Shown: positions 36,703 through 44,913 of the stretch, piece after piece
Layout of the letters: each line of letters opens with the position of its first letter
Numbering within the stretch: position 1 is the stretch's first letter
Origin: an uncultured Clostridia bacterium
Lineage (GTDB): Bacteria > Bacillota > Clostridia > Christensenellales > Borkfalkiaceae
Assembly: GCA_947629665.1 (NCBI GenBank)
Contig: CANREJ010000001.1
Coordinates: 31,235-95,234 of the forward strand
Length of the DNA stretch: 64,000 nt
Direction of reading: 5' to 3'
Notes under the pieces: model-generated
What the model was told of the DNA's origin: nothing
What the model saw: only the letters and a program-made list of their open reading frames with translations
The model's database searches: none
Made by a program: the position numbers and the translations under genes

Positions 36703-37168
36703 ATTAAAAAAGGCGTCGCTTGAAGATGCTGAAACAATTTGGAGAATGCAAGTAAAATCGTTCTCAGATTTGCTTGAAAAATATAATGATTACGATACAA
36801 ATCCGGGAAATGAATCGTTAGACAAGACTATTTGGCGGTTGAACCAAAACAGCACTTATTTCTATTTAATTTTGTATGAAGATATAACTGTCGGGGCAAT
36901 CAGGGTAGTGGATAACCTTAATTCCTCGTCTTATAAGCGTATTTCGCCGATTTTTATTTTGCCAGAGTACAGAAACCAAGGTTTCGCGCAAGCGGCAATA
37001 AGGGCAGTAGAGGCAATTCACGGGCAAGATATGTGGGAGCTTGAAACTATTCTTGAAGAGAAGTTAAATTGTCGACTATATGAAAAAATGGGATACATTA
37101 AAACAGATTTAATACAAAAAATAAATGAAAACATGACTCTGATATTTTACAAAAAGCACGGCAAATAA
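36695..37168 (+). CDS. GNAT family N-acetyltransferase
   Basis: Acetyl-CoA motif YRNQGFAQAAI. The ATG at 36695 overlaps the microprotein stop (AATGATTAA) by 8 nt, and the ORF-track start at 36677 is an in-frame alternative. Confidence 0.85.
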   Translation: MIKLKKASLEDAETIWRMQVKSFSDLLEKYNDYDTNPGNESLDKTIWRLNQNSTYFYLILYEDITVGAIRVVDNLNSSSYKRISPIFILPEYRNQGFAQAAIRAVEAIHGQDMWELETILEEKLNCRLYEKMGYIKTDLIQKINENMTLIFYKKHGK

Positions 37169-37182
37169 TTACCGTGCTTTTA
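37151..37182. terminator. Bidirectional terminator between the GNAT and recombinase genes
   Basis: aaagcacgg / ccgtgcttt stem flanked by A- and T-runs. It overlaps the GNAT stop codon. Confidence 0.55.
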
Positions 37183-37187
37183 TTTAA

Positions 37188-38243
37188 TCAATCGTCGTCG
37201 CGCTTCAATTTTACTTTACCGACTACGCCCCGGCGGTTTTCATCGGAAATCGCCGCATAATGTTTTCTGGTGGTGTTTACGTCTTTATGTCCCAGGACGT
37301 CGGCCACAATATAAATATCGCCTGTCGCCCTGTATAGCTGTGTGCCGTAAGTGGAACGAAGCTTATGTGGGGAAATATTTTTAAGGGGAGAGATGATTTT
37401 TGCGTATTTATGTACGAGATTTTCCACAGCACGTACGGTAATGCGCTTTTTATTGTTGGAAATAAACAGTGCGTTCGGCTCCTGCAAAATTTCGGAGTTA
37501 TGTTCTTTGTAATCCAAATACCGTTTCAATGCGGCCGCTACATCGTCGTCGAAATATAGAATAGATTTACTGCCGCCCTTACGCGTAACAACAAAAGAAT
37601 TGTCGTTAAAGTTTAAGTCGTCGTTATTCAAACCAACCAACTCGCTTATACGGATTCCCGTTCCGAGGAAGAGAGTAAGGATAGCGCTGTCGCGAACTTT
37701 GTTTTTATCGTGATATGCCTTTTGGTGCGCGGTAAGACCCATACCTGTTTCGGCAACGTCCAAAATATTGAATACTTCATCCGAATCAAGGCGTATAATA
37801 GGTTTTTCGTGCAGTTTGGGAGTTGCAACTTTTGCGGAATTATCTACGCTTATAAAACCCTTGTTAAAAAAGAATTTAAACATCGCACGGACGGAGGACA
37901 GCTTGCGCGCCTTGGCTCTGTCGTTGCAACTGTGTTCCTTACCCATATAAACGTAGTGGGAGAGAAAGCTCAAAAAATATTCAATATCGTTGCTTGTTAC
38001 GCTCTCTAAATCATCCAATGTAAATTCCTTAACCTGCTTGGATTTTCTAAATTTCTTCTCCTGTAAAAAGTAAAAGAATATTTTTAAATCATGCGCATAA
38101 TTAAGGCGGGTCAGCGTGGAGGTCTGGCTGTCAATCGCAAGAAAATAGTCATAGCAAAAAGAAGGAAGCGCCTCGTCTAAAATCCGCTCGATAGTTTCAA
38201 GATTTTTGTTATTTCTTTGAACGTAAAAATTTCCCGTTGCCAT
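37188..38243 (-). CDS. Tyrosine site-specific recombinase, XerS-like
   Basis: Catalytic set R (GIRISE), K (VTRKGGS), HKLR, LGH, and Y (TRKHY). About 351 aa from the ATG at 38243. The TTG at 38267 in the ORF track falls inside the predicted promoter. Confidence 0.85.
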   Translation of the reverse strand: MATGNFYVQRNNKNLETIERILDEALPSFCYDYFLAIDSQTSTLTRLNYAHDLKIFFYFLQEKKFRKSKQVKEFTLDDLESVTSNDIEYFLSFLSHYVYMGKEHSCNDRAKARKLSSVRAMFKFFFNKGFISVDNSAKVATPKLHEKPIIRLDSDEVFNILDVAETGMGLTAHQKAYHDKNKVRDSAILTLFLGTGIRISELVGLNNDDLNFNDNSFVVTRKGGSKSILYFDDDVAAALKRYLDYKEHNSEILQEPNALFISNNKKRITVRAVENLVHKYAKIISPLKNISPHKLRSTYGTQLYRATGDIYIVADVLGHKDVNTTRKHYAAISDENRRGVVGKVKLKRDDD

Positions 38244-38249
38244 AATTAA

Positions 38250-38278
38250 ATTATAAAACAAATACAAAAATAAGTCAA
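38250..38278 (-). promoter_or_regulatory. Consensus sigma-A promoter placed so that the recombinase mRNA would be leaderless
   Basis: On the minus strand: TTGACT, 17 nt, TATAAT, then TTAATT, then ATG. No Shine-Dalgarno sequence precedes either candidate start. Confidence 0.5.
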
Positions 38279-38345
38279 ACGGTGAGGGTGGATTTAATAA
38301 AATCCCAACCCACCTTTTGGGAAAATAGTGGTAGTTAAAAAATAT

Positions 38346-38383
38346 TTAACACTTCGTAAAACACAGATTTTACGAAGTGTTAA
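38346..38383. repeat. Perfect inverted repeat, 16-bp arms with a 6-bp spacer
   Basis: TTAACACTTCGTAAAA-CACAGA-TTTTACGAAGTGTTAA. On the minus strand it is followed, after 3 nt, by T6. Confidence 0.9.
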
Positions 38384-38415
38384 GGCGATTTCAAGCGCAA
38401 AATAGAGGAGTGATT

Positions 38416-38499
38416 ATGCTAAAAATGCTTTTTCAAATTAAAAATAATGATTTTACGTTAATTAATTATATAAAATTTAAATTTATAAAATTTGCGTAA
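38416..38499 (+). CDS. Possible 27-aa small ORF (MLKMLFQIKNNDFTLINYIKFKFIKFA)
   Basis: GAGGAG lies 5-6 nt upstream of the ATG. The ORF is below the ORF-track length cutoff. I found no convincing promoter, and the AT-rich composition makes a chance ORF plausible. Confidence 0.25.
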   Translation: MLKMLFQIKNNDFTLINYIKFKFIKFA

Positions 38500-38540
38500 A
38501 ATAGCCTGATTTTTGACTAAAACAGCTGAATTTTTAAAAT

Positions 38541-38575
38541 TTTTACTGTACTATGTTACACATAGTACAGTAAAA
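38541..38575. repeat. Perfect inverted repeat, 16-bp arms with a 3-nt loop
   Basis: TTTTACTGTACTATGT-TAC-ACATAGTACAGTAAAA, abutting the glgP terminator. Confidence 0.9.
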
Positions 38576-38600
38576 GCCGAGGCGTTTTGCCTCGGCTTTT
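38572..38600 (-). terminator. Intrinsic terminator of the glg operon
   Basis: gccgaggc / gcctcggc stem flanked by A4 and T4, about 15 nt past the glgP stop. Confidence 0.75.
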
Positions 38601-38614
38601 GTAAATTCTTCTGT

Positions 38615-41056
38615 TTATTTTTCTGTTTTGGTTAAACTCTTCAAGTTCCAGATATTTGACGCATATTCGGCGATACTTCTGTCGGCGGCAAAGATTCCCG
38701 ATGCCGCAATATTTCTTAACGACATCTGGTTCCATTTACGCTTGTCGGTTGCGTAAAGGTTGGAAATTTCATGTTGCTTGTTGCTGTATGCCGCGAAGTC
38801 CGCCATACACATATAAGGATCGGCCACGGGCGAACCTGTCAACAGATAATTGGCAATTTCGGCAAACGATTTTCCGTTAAAACCGATTATAAGCGCTTCA
38901 ACAATTCTTCTTAATTTGGGGGATTCGTTGTAGAATTTGCTGGAACTGTATCCGTTGCGCCAAATTTCGTCAACCTCGTTCGCTTTATAACCGAAGATAA
39001 ATATGTTTTCATCGCCTACGGCTTCTGCCATTTCAACGTTTGCTCCGTCGAGAGTGCCTATCGTAAGCGCGCCGTTTATCATAAACTTCATGTTGCCTGT
39101 GCCACTTGCTTCTTTACCAGCAAGGGAAATTTGTTCGGAAATTTCGGATGCGGGCATAAGTTTTTCGGACATGGTAACATTGTAGTCCTCCATGTAAACG
39201 ACATTGAGCTTTTTATTAATCTCCGGTTGCTGATTAATTTCTTCGGCAAGATAATTTATAAGCTGGATTATCTTTTTGGCCATATCGTATCCGGGAGCTG
39301 CCTTTGCGCCGAAAATATAGGTCTTGGGCACAACGTCAAGTTCCGGGTTATCCAAAAGGTCCAAATATGAATCTATAATATTCAGAACGTTTAAAAGTTG
39401 CCTCTTGTACTCGTGAAGCCTTTTCGCTTGTACGTCAAACAGCATTTCGGGGTTGATTATAACACCCTGCTTCTTTTTGGCGTATTCGGCAAATTGTTTC
39501 TTTTTGATAAGTTTTATTTCTTCAAGACGCTTTAAAACCGAATCGTCGTTGTCAAATTTTTTAAATTCGGCAAGCGCGCTACCGTTCAAAACATATGAGT
39601 CGCCTATACAATCGTTCAAGAGTTCGGCAAGCTCCGGATTGGATTGGTTGAGCCAACGTCTGTGGGCAATGCCGTTTGTAACGTTTGTAAATTTTTCGGG
39701 CGAAAAGTCATAAAAATCTTTGAATACGGAAGTTTTTATAATTTCGCTGTGCAGGGCGGAAACACCGTTTACGCTATGCCCGCCGTAAACCGAAAGATTT
39801 GCCATTTTTACGCGGTCATGTTCGATAATAGACATGCGCGAAATTTTTGCCCACTCGCCAGGAAATCTATTCCAAAGCTCTTCACACAGCCTCCGGTTTA
39901 TTTCTTTAATTATAGAATGTATTCTGGGAACTGTGCGCCGGATAAGATCTTCATTCCAAGTTTCAAGCGCTTCGGCAAGAACGGTGTGGTTTGTGTACGC
40001 GCACGTAGCCGTTGTAATTGCCCACGCTTGGTTCCAATCATAGTAATACTCGTCTATAAGTATTCTCATGAGTTCGGGAATTGCCATTGCGGGATGGGTG
40101 TCATTTAAATGTATTGCCGCCAACTTGGGCAAATCCCTCAAATCGCCGTATCTGTGTTTATGGTCCTCAACAATATTTTGGATTGACGCCGAGCATAAAA
40201 AGTATTGCTGTTTTAATCTCAAAGATTTTCCCGCATTGTGATTATCGGCAGGATAAAGCACCTTGGTTAAAAGGTCGGCGTCGTTGTCGTTTGACATCGC
40301 CTGATAATATTCACCCTGCGAAAACAGCTTCATGTTGAAATCCTGCACGGGCTTGGCTTTCCAGAGCCTTAAAACGGAAACGGCTTCGCTATCCTTGCCG
40401 GAAACCATCATGTCATATGCAACCGCTTGAATTTCGTTGCAATTAATATAGTTGGTTTGAAGCCCGTTTTCCGTCCACTTTTCCTCTATCTGTCCGTTAA
40501 AACGCACAATAAAGTTTTTATCCGTTCTCTGTGTAAGCCAAGCCTCGCCGCCGGGAAGCCAAACGTCGGGCAGTTCAATCTGCCACCCGTCTACAATCTT
40601 TTGTTTAAACAAACCGTACTCATAGCGGAGCGAATATCCCATTGCAGGATAATCACCCGTTGCAAGCGCGTCCAAAAAGCACGCCGCAAGCCGACCTAAA
40701 CCGCCATTACCTAATCCTGCGTCAGGTTCAAGCTCGTATAAATCTTCAAGATTAAGTCCGTAGGATGAAACAGCCTTTTCAAAAATAGGTATAACGCTTA
40801 AATTATAAAGGCTGTTTTTAAGTGAACGCCCCAGCAGGAATTCCATACACAGGTAATACACCCTTTTGGCGCGTTTTGCTTTGACCTTTTTATGAAACTG
40901 TTGGCGTTTTTGGAGCAAAATGTCCCTTACAACCATAACCACAGCTTTATAAATCTGGTCCTTGGAAGCCTCGGCGGGCGCAACACCAAAATATCTGGCA
41001 AGTTTACCCTTAATTTGATCCTTAACTTCTTTTTCGGTAATAGCAGTACTACTCAT
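38615..41056 (-). CDS. glgP: Glycogen/maltodextrin phosphorylase
   Basis: 813 aa with GLGNGGLGRLAAC and the PLP-lysine region EASGTGNMKFMINGA. Confidence 0.95.
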   Translation of the reverse strand: MSSTAITEKEVKDQIKGKLARYFGVAPAEASKDQIYKAVVMVVRDILLQKRQQFHKKVKAKRAKRVYYLCMEFLLGRSLKNSLYNLSVIPIFEKAVSSYGLNLEDLYELEPDAGLGNGGLGRLAACFLDALATGDYPAMGYSLRYEYGLFKQKIVDGWQIELPDVWLPGGEAWLTQRTDKNFIVRFNGQIEEKWTENGLQTNYINCNEIQAVAYDMMVSGKDSEAVSVLRLWKAKPVQDFNMKLFSQGEYYQAMSNDNDADLLTKVLYPADNHNAGKSLRLKQQYFLCSASIQNIVEDHKHRYGDLRDLPKLAAIHLNDTHPAMAIPELMRILIDEYYYDWNQAWAITTATCAYTNHTVLAEALETWNEDLIRRTVPRIHSIIKEINRRLCEELWNRFPGEWAKISRMSIIEHDRVKMANLSVYGGHSVNGVSALHSEIIKTSVFKDFYDFSPEKFTNVTNGIAHRRWLNQSNPELAELLNDCIGDSYVLNGSALAEFKKFDNDDSVLKRLEEIKLIKKKQFAEYAKKKQGVIINPEMLFDVQAKRLHEYKRQLLNVLNIIDSYLDLLDNPELDVVPKTYIFGAKAAPGYDMAKKIIQLINYLAEEINQQPEINKKLNVVYMEDYNVTMSEKLMPASEISEQISLAGKEASGTGNMKFMINGALTIGTLDGANVEMAEAVGDENIFIFGYKANEVDEIWRNGYSSSKFYNESPKLRRIVEALIIGFNGKSFAEIANYLLTGSPVADPYMCMADFAAYSNKQHEISNLYATDKRKWNQMSLRNIAASGIFAADRSIAEYASNIWNLKSLTKTEK

Positions 41057-41071
41057 TCGATTCTCCTGATT

Positions 41072-42556
41072 TTAATTTTTGAGCATATTCAAATAGAGCG
41101 CCTCATAGTCCAGAGCGGAATGTTTCCAACTGAAATCGGTCGTTGCCGCCCTGTACATAAGTTTTGACCACTCTTCTTTGTTTCTATAATCCGAGCAGGC
41201 TTCGCGAATGACGTATAACATATCATGCGCATTGTAGTTGGAGAACGTATAGCCGTTTTGCAGGGGCTTAATACTGTCGTAAAGTCCCCCCGTTTCCCTT
41301 ACAATGGGCACCGTGCCGTAGCGGCACGCAATCATTTGTGAAAGTCCGCAGGGTTCCGATTTGGAAGGCATTAAAAAGATATCCGAACCGGAATATATTT
41401 TTCTTGATAAATCACCGTTAAATACGATATTTGCGCTGAGTTTATCGGGATACCTGTTTGCAAGGTCGCGGAAGAATCCCTCAAAATGAGAATCTCCCGT
41501 GCCGAGAATTACAACTTGCACATCGTCCTGCAACAGATCTTCGATAACCGCTGTAACAAGGTCAAGCCCTTTATGGGACACAAGTCTTGAAACCATGGAA
41601 ATTATCGGGGTGTTGGGTTTCTGGGGCAGATTGAGCATTTTTTGAAGCTCTTTCTTGCAAACTGCTTTATTTGTAAAATCTTCGGGAGTGAAATTCGCAA
41701 ACAAATGAGTATCGTGCGTACAGCTGTAACCAACGTCGTCGATACCGTTTAATATACCCGTGAGTTTAAACTCATTTTTCCTTATAATGGGGTCAAGCCC
41801 ATGCGCATAATATGCGTTTTTAATCTCTTCCGCATATTTGGGGCTTACGGTGGAAAATCTCTCGCAGCACTCGATTGCGCCCTTCATAAGGTTAATGCAG
41901 TTGTTGTATTCAACGAGATATTGGTAACTGCCGTAAATATCAAACAAATCGCTGAGCAAATCGAGAGAGTATTGGCCCTGATATTCTATATTATGTATAG
42001 TAAACAGAGCCTTGATATATTGGTACTCTTCCCTGAAACAGTAATTTGTTTTGAGGTATATAGCGGCAAGCGCGGCCTGCCAATCATGGCAGTGCATAAC
42101 GTCGGGATAAAAGTTCAAAAATGGCATTATTTCGAGAACGCTTCTCGAAAAGAACGCAAACCTTTCGCCGTCGTCATAATAACCGTAACAGCCGGGACGT
42201 TTAAAGTAGAATTCGTTATCAATAAAGTAGAAAGTTACGCCGTCCTTAACATACTCGAATATTCCGCAGTATTGGTTGCGCCATGCAAGATGGACATAGA
42301 GATTGCCGAGATAGTTAAACTGATCCCTATACTCCTTTTTGATATCCGAAAACAGAGGAATTACTACCCTCACGTCAAATCTGCCCGTTGCGGCAAGCGC
42401 TTTTGAAAGCGAACCTATAACTTCCGCAAGTCCGCCCGTTGCAATAAACGGCGTGGACTCGGAAGCCACAAACAGTATTTTTTTCTTTTCTACTTCCTGA
42501 ACTTTTTTCACCGCCGTCTTTTTTGCCGTTGCGGTTTTTGTGGTTTTTGTTGCCAT
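41072..42556 (-). CDS. glgA: Glycogen synthase (ADP-glucose type)
   Basis: 494 aa with KTGGLAEV-like GGLAEVIGSL and a GT5/GT1 C-terminal domain. Confidence 0.95.
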   Translation of the reverse strand: MATKTTKTATAKKTAVKKVQEVEKKKILFVASESTPFIATGGLAEVIGSLSKALAATGRFDVRVVIPLFSDIKKEYRDQFNYLGNLYVHLAWRNQYCGIFEYVKDGVTFYFIDNEFYFKRPGCYGYYDDGERFAFFSRSVLEIMPFLNFYPDVMHCHDWQAALAAIYLKTNYCFREEYQYIKALFTIHNIEYQGQYSLDLLSDLFDIYGSYQYLVEYNNCINLMKGAIECCERFSTVSPKYAEEIKNAYYAHGLDPIIRKNEFKLTGILNGIDDVGYSCTHDTHLFANFTPEDFTNKAVCKKELQKMLNLPQKPNTPIISMVSRLVSHKGLDLVTAVIEDLLQDDVQVVILGTGDSHFEGFFRDLANRYPDKLSANIVFNGDLSRKIYSGSDIFLMPSKSEPCGLSQMIACRYGTVPIVRETGGLYDSIKPLQNGYTFSNYNAHDMLYVIREACSDYRNKEEWSKLMYRAATTDFSWKHSALDYEALYLNMLKN

Positions 42557-42574
42557 AATTTTCCCCCTTATTAA

Positions 42575-43681
42575 TTATATAAGCGAGCCCTTATTTATAA
42601 AATAGGGTTGAAGTTCGCAACCTGCAAGCACTCTGTTGTCGCGTATAACGGAATTTTTATCGCTCACAACGTAAGCAAGATTGCAATTCTCGCCCACTAT
42701 GTTATCCGTCATTAAAATGCAGTTTTTAACAACGGAACCCTTACCGATTTTAACGCCGCGGAACAGTACGCAGTTTTCGACTGTGCCTTCAATCAGGCAA
42801 CCGTCGGAAACAAGCGAATTTTTAACAATCGCCGAGGGGGCAAACTTTGCAGGTGCGCTGTCATTTACCTTTGTGTAAATATCTCTCTCGCCGTAAATTT
42901 CGTTCCTGACCTTTTTGTCTAAAAGATCCATATTTGCATTGAAATATGCGTTGAGGGAATTGATATTGGCATAGTATCCGTCAAACTTATAAGCATAAAG
43001 ATTGTACATTTTTACGCCGGGGCTGAGGATATCTTTACCGAAACTCGTATACCCGTGCTGGATACCGTCCTGTATAAGCCTCAACAGGAAAGACGTACGC
43101 GCAACCATGACGTTGATATAGTTCTTTTTAACGCCGCCGGGAGTGGGATTTATTTGTATATCGGTAATTTTGTCGTTTTTGTCAGTCTCGAAAGTCATAT
43201 AGTAATGAGACTTTGTGAGTTCGTGTTCATGATATACCATAGTTATGTCGGCGTTGTTCTTAATGTGCGCCTCAATAACTTTGCTGTAATCAAGTTTATA
43301 AACAGCGTCGCTGTCTGCAAGAACAACAAAATCTTCCTTGGCTTTCTTTAAAAAGGCCGTTGCGCCCTTTAAGGCTTCAAGACGGTTTTTATAGAGTGTT
43401 TCGGATTCGTCGCTATAAGGAGGCAACAAAATGAGTCCCCCCTCCTTTCTTGCCAAATCCCAATATTTGCCCGTGCCGAGGTGATCCATAAGCGATTGAT
43501 AATTGTTTTTGGTAACAATTCCTACCGTTGTTATGCCGGAGTTTACCATGTTGGAAAGGGCAAAGTCCACAAGGCGGTATCTGCCGCCGTAGGGAACTGA
43601 ACCCGTTGAGCGAACTTTGGTAAGTTCGGGTATATCCTGTTCATTTATACTTGAAAAAATAACACCAACTGTCGTTGCCAT
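42575..43681 (-). CDS. glgD: Glucose-1-phosphate adenylyltransferase subunit GlgD
   Basis: 368 aa paralogue of GlgC that lacks the GGxGxRL motif, in the position of B. subtilis glgD. Confidence 0.88.
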   Translation of the reverse strand: MATTVGVIFSSINEQDIPELTKVRSTGSVPYGGRYRLVDFALSNMVNSGITTVGIVTKNNYQSLMDHLGTGKYWDLARKEGGLILLPPYSDESETLYKNRLEALKGATAFLKKAKEDFVVLADSDAVYKLDYSKVIEAHIKNNADITMVYHEHELTKSHYYMTFETDKNDKITDIQINPTPGGVKKNYINVMVARTSFLLRLIQDGIQHGYTSFGKDILSPGVKMYNLYAYKFDGYYANINSLNAYFNANMDLLDKKVRNEIYGERDIYTKVNDSAPAKFAPSAIVKNSLVSDGCLIEGTVENCVLFRGVKIGKGSVVKNCILMTDNIVGENCNLAYVVSDKNSVIRDNRVLAGCELQPYFINKGSLI

Positions 43682-43695
43682 CTTTTTATTCCCCC

Positions 43696-44898
43696 TTAAA
43701 CGTTTTTATCTACAATTTCGCCTGCGGGAACTTTGCCGTTTTTGCTCACGGAAATGCCCCTGCCGAGTACGGTTATGCCGGAAGTTTTGCTTTCAACCTT
43801 TTCGGCTTCCGCTCTGGGCGCGCCAATAACCGCGTTTTCGCCCACGGTTACATCTTCGTCTATTATGGCATAGTTGAGTTTGGCGCCCGCCTTAACAACA
43901 ATGTTGCCCATAAGCACGCTGTCAACAACTTCCGCGCCTTTTTCGATCGTGCAGTTTGTACCCACAACCGAATTGATTACTTTACCTTCTATCTCGCCGC
44001 CTGTTGCAACTATTGAGTTCACAACTTCTCCCTCGATAAATGCGGGAGGCGCAAGCGGGCTCCTCGAATGAATAACCCTGTCCTTGTCGGCCAACTCAAA
44101 ATTGGGAACAACGCCCAAAAGGTCCATGTTTGCTTCCCAGAGAGAGCTTATCGTGCCGACGTCCTTCCAATATCCTTCAAAGCGGTAAGAATACATTTTC
44201 TCGCCTGCGGCAAGCATTTTGGGAAGTATGTTTTTGCCGAAATCCTTTTCGGAGTTGGGGTCTTTATCGTCCTCTTCAAGATATTTAAAGAGTTTGGACG
44301 CCGTAAAAATATATATGCCCATGGAAGCCAAGTCGCTCTTGGGCTGTTTGGGCTTTTCTTCAAATTCGTAAATGGTGCCGTCGGGATTGGTATTCAGTAT
44401 GCCGAACCTCGACGCTTCTTTCATGGGAACCTGCATGCAAGCTATGGTACAATCTGCGCCCGCTTCTTTGTGCGCGGTGAGCATCTTATCGTAGTCCATC
44501 TTGTAGATATGGTCGCCCGAAAGTATTAAAATGTACTCTGGATCATACATTTTCATAAACCGAATGTTTTGATATATGGCGTTTGCCGTGCCCTTATACC
44601 AAGATGTATCGGTTTTTGCCTCGTAGGGCGACAAAATATGTACGCCGCCGAACGTTCTGTCAAGGTCCCAAGGTTGTCCATTGCCTACATATTCGTTCAA
44701 AACAAGCGGCTGGTACTGCGTGAGTACGCCTACGGTATCTATTCCCGAATTTATGCAGTTTGAAAGCGGGAAGTCGATAATCCTGTACTTTGAGCCGAAC
44801 GAAACAGCAGGTTTTGCAATGTTACTTGTTAAAGCGTACAGTCTTGATCCCTGTCCGCCGGCAAGCAACATTGCAACGCATTCTTTTTTTCTTAGCAT
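43696..44898 (-). CDS. glgC: Glucose-1-phosphate adenylyltransferase
   Basis: [10 protein letters not shown] motif and a left-handed beta-helix C-terminus. The ATG at 44898 follows GGGGGA, and the TTG at 44913 abuts the glgB stop. Confidence 0.94.
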   Translation of the reverse strand: MLRKKECVAMLLAGGQGSRLYALTSNIAKPAVSFGSKYRIIDFPLSNCINSGIDTVGVLTQYQPLVLNEYVGNGQPWDLDRTFGGVHILSPYEAKTDTSWYKGTANAIYQNIRFMKMYDPEYILILSGDHIYKMDYDKMLTAHKEAGADCTIACMQVPMKEASRFGILNTNPDGTIYEFEEKPKQPKSDLASMGIYIFTASKLFKYLEEDDKDPNSEKDFGKNILPKMLAAGEKMYSYRFEGYWKDVGTISSLWEANMDLLGVVPNFELADKDRVIHSRSPLAPPAFIEGEVVNSIVATGGEIEGKVINSVVGTNCTIEKGAEVVDSVLMGNIVVKAGAKLNYAIIDEDVTVGENAVIGAPRAEAEKVESKTSGITVLGRGISVSKNGKVPAGEIVDKNV

Positions 44899-44913
44899 TG
44901 CTAAATCCCCCAA

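Noticed and set aside
38541-38575. The palindrome contains TACTGTAC...GTACAGTA, which recalls the E. coli LexA box (CTGT-N8-ACAG) and sits near lexA.
   Set aside because: The CTGT/ACAG spacing is 19 nt, not 8. Gram-positive LexA recognises GAAC-N4-GTTC, and a proper Cheo box exists at 36459-36470. The position next to the glgP terminator favours a structural or terminator role.
38346-38575. The idea that the two palindromes are the inverted-repeat boundaries of an invertible promoter segment (inverton) flipped by the adjacent recombinase.
   Set aside because: Each palindrome is self-complementary, but the two share no sequence with each other. They therefore cannot serve as a pair of recombination sites flanking an invertible segment.
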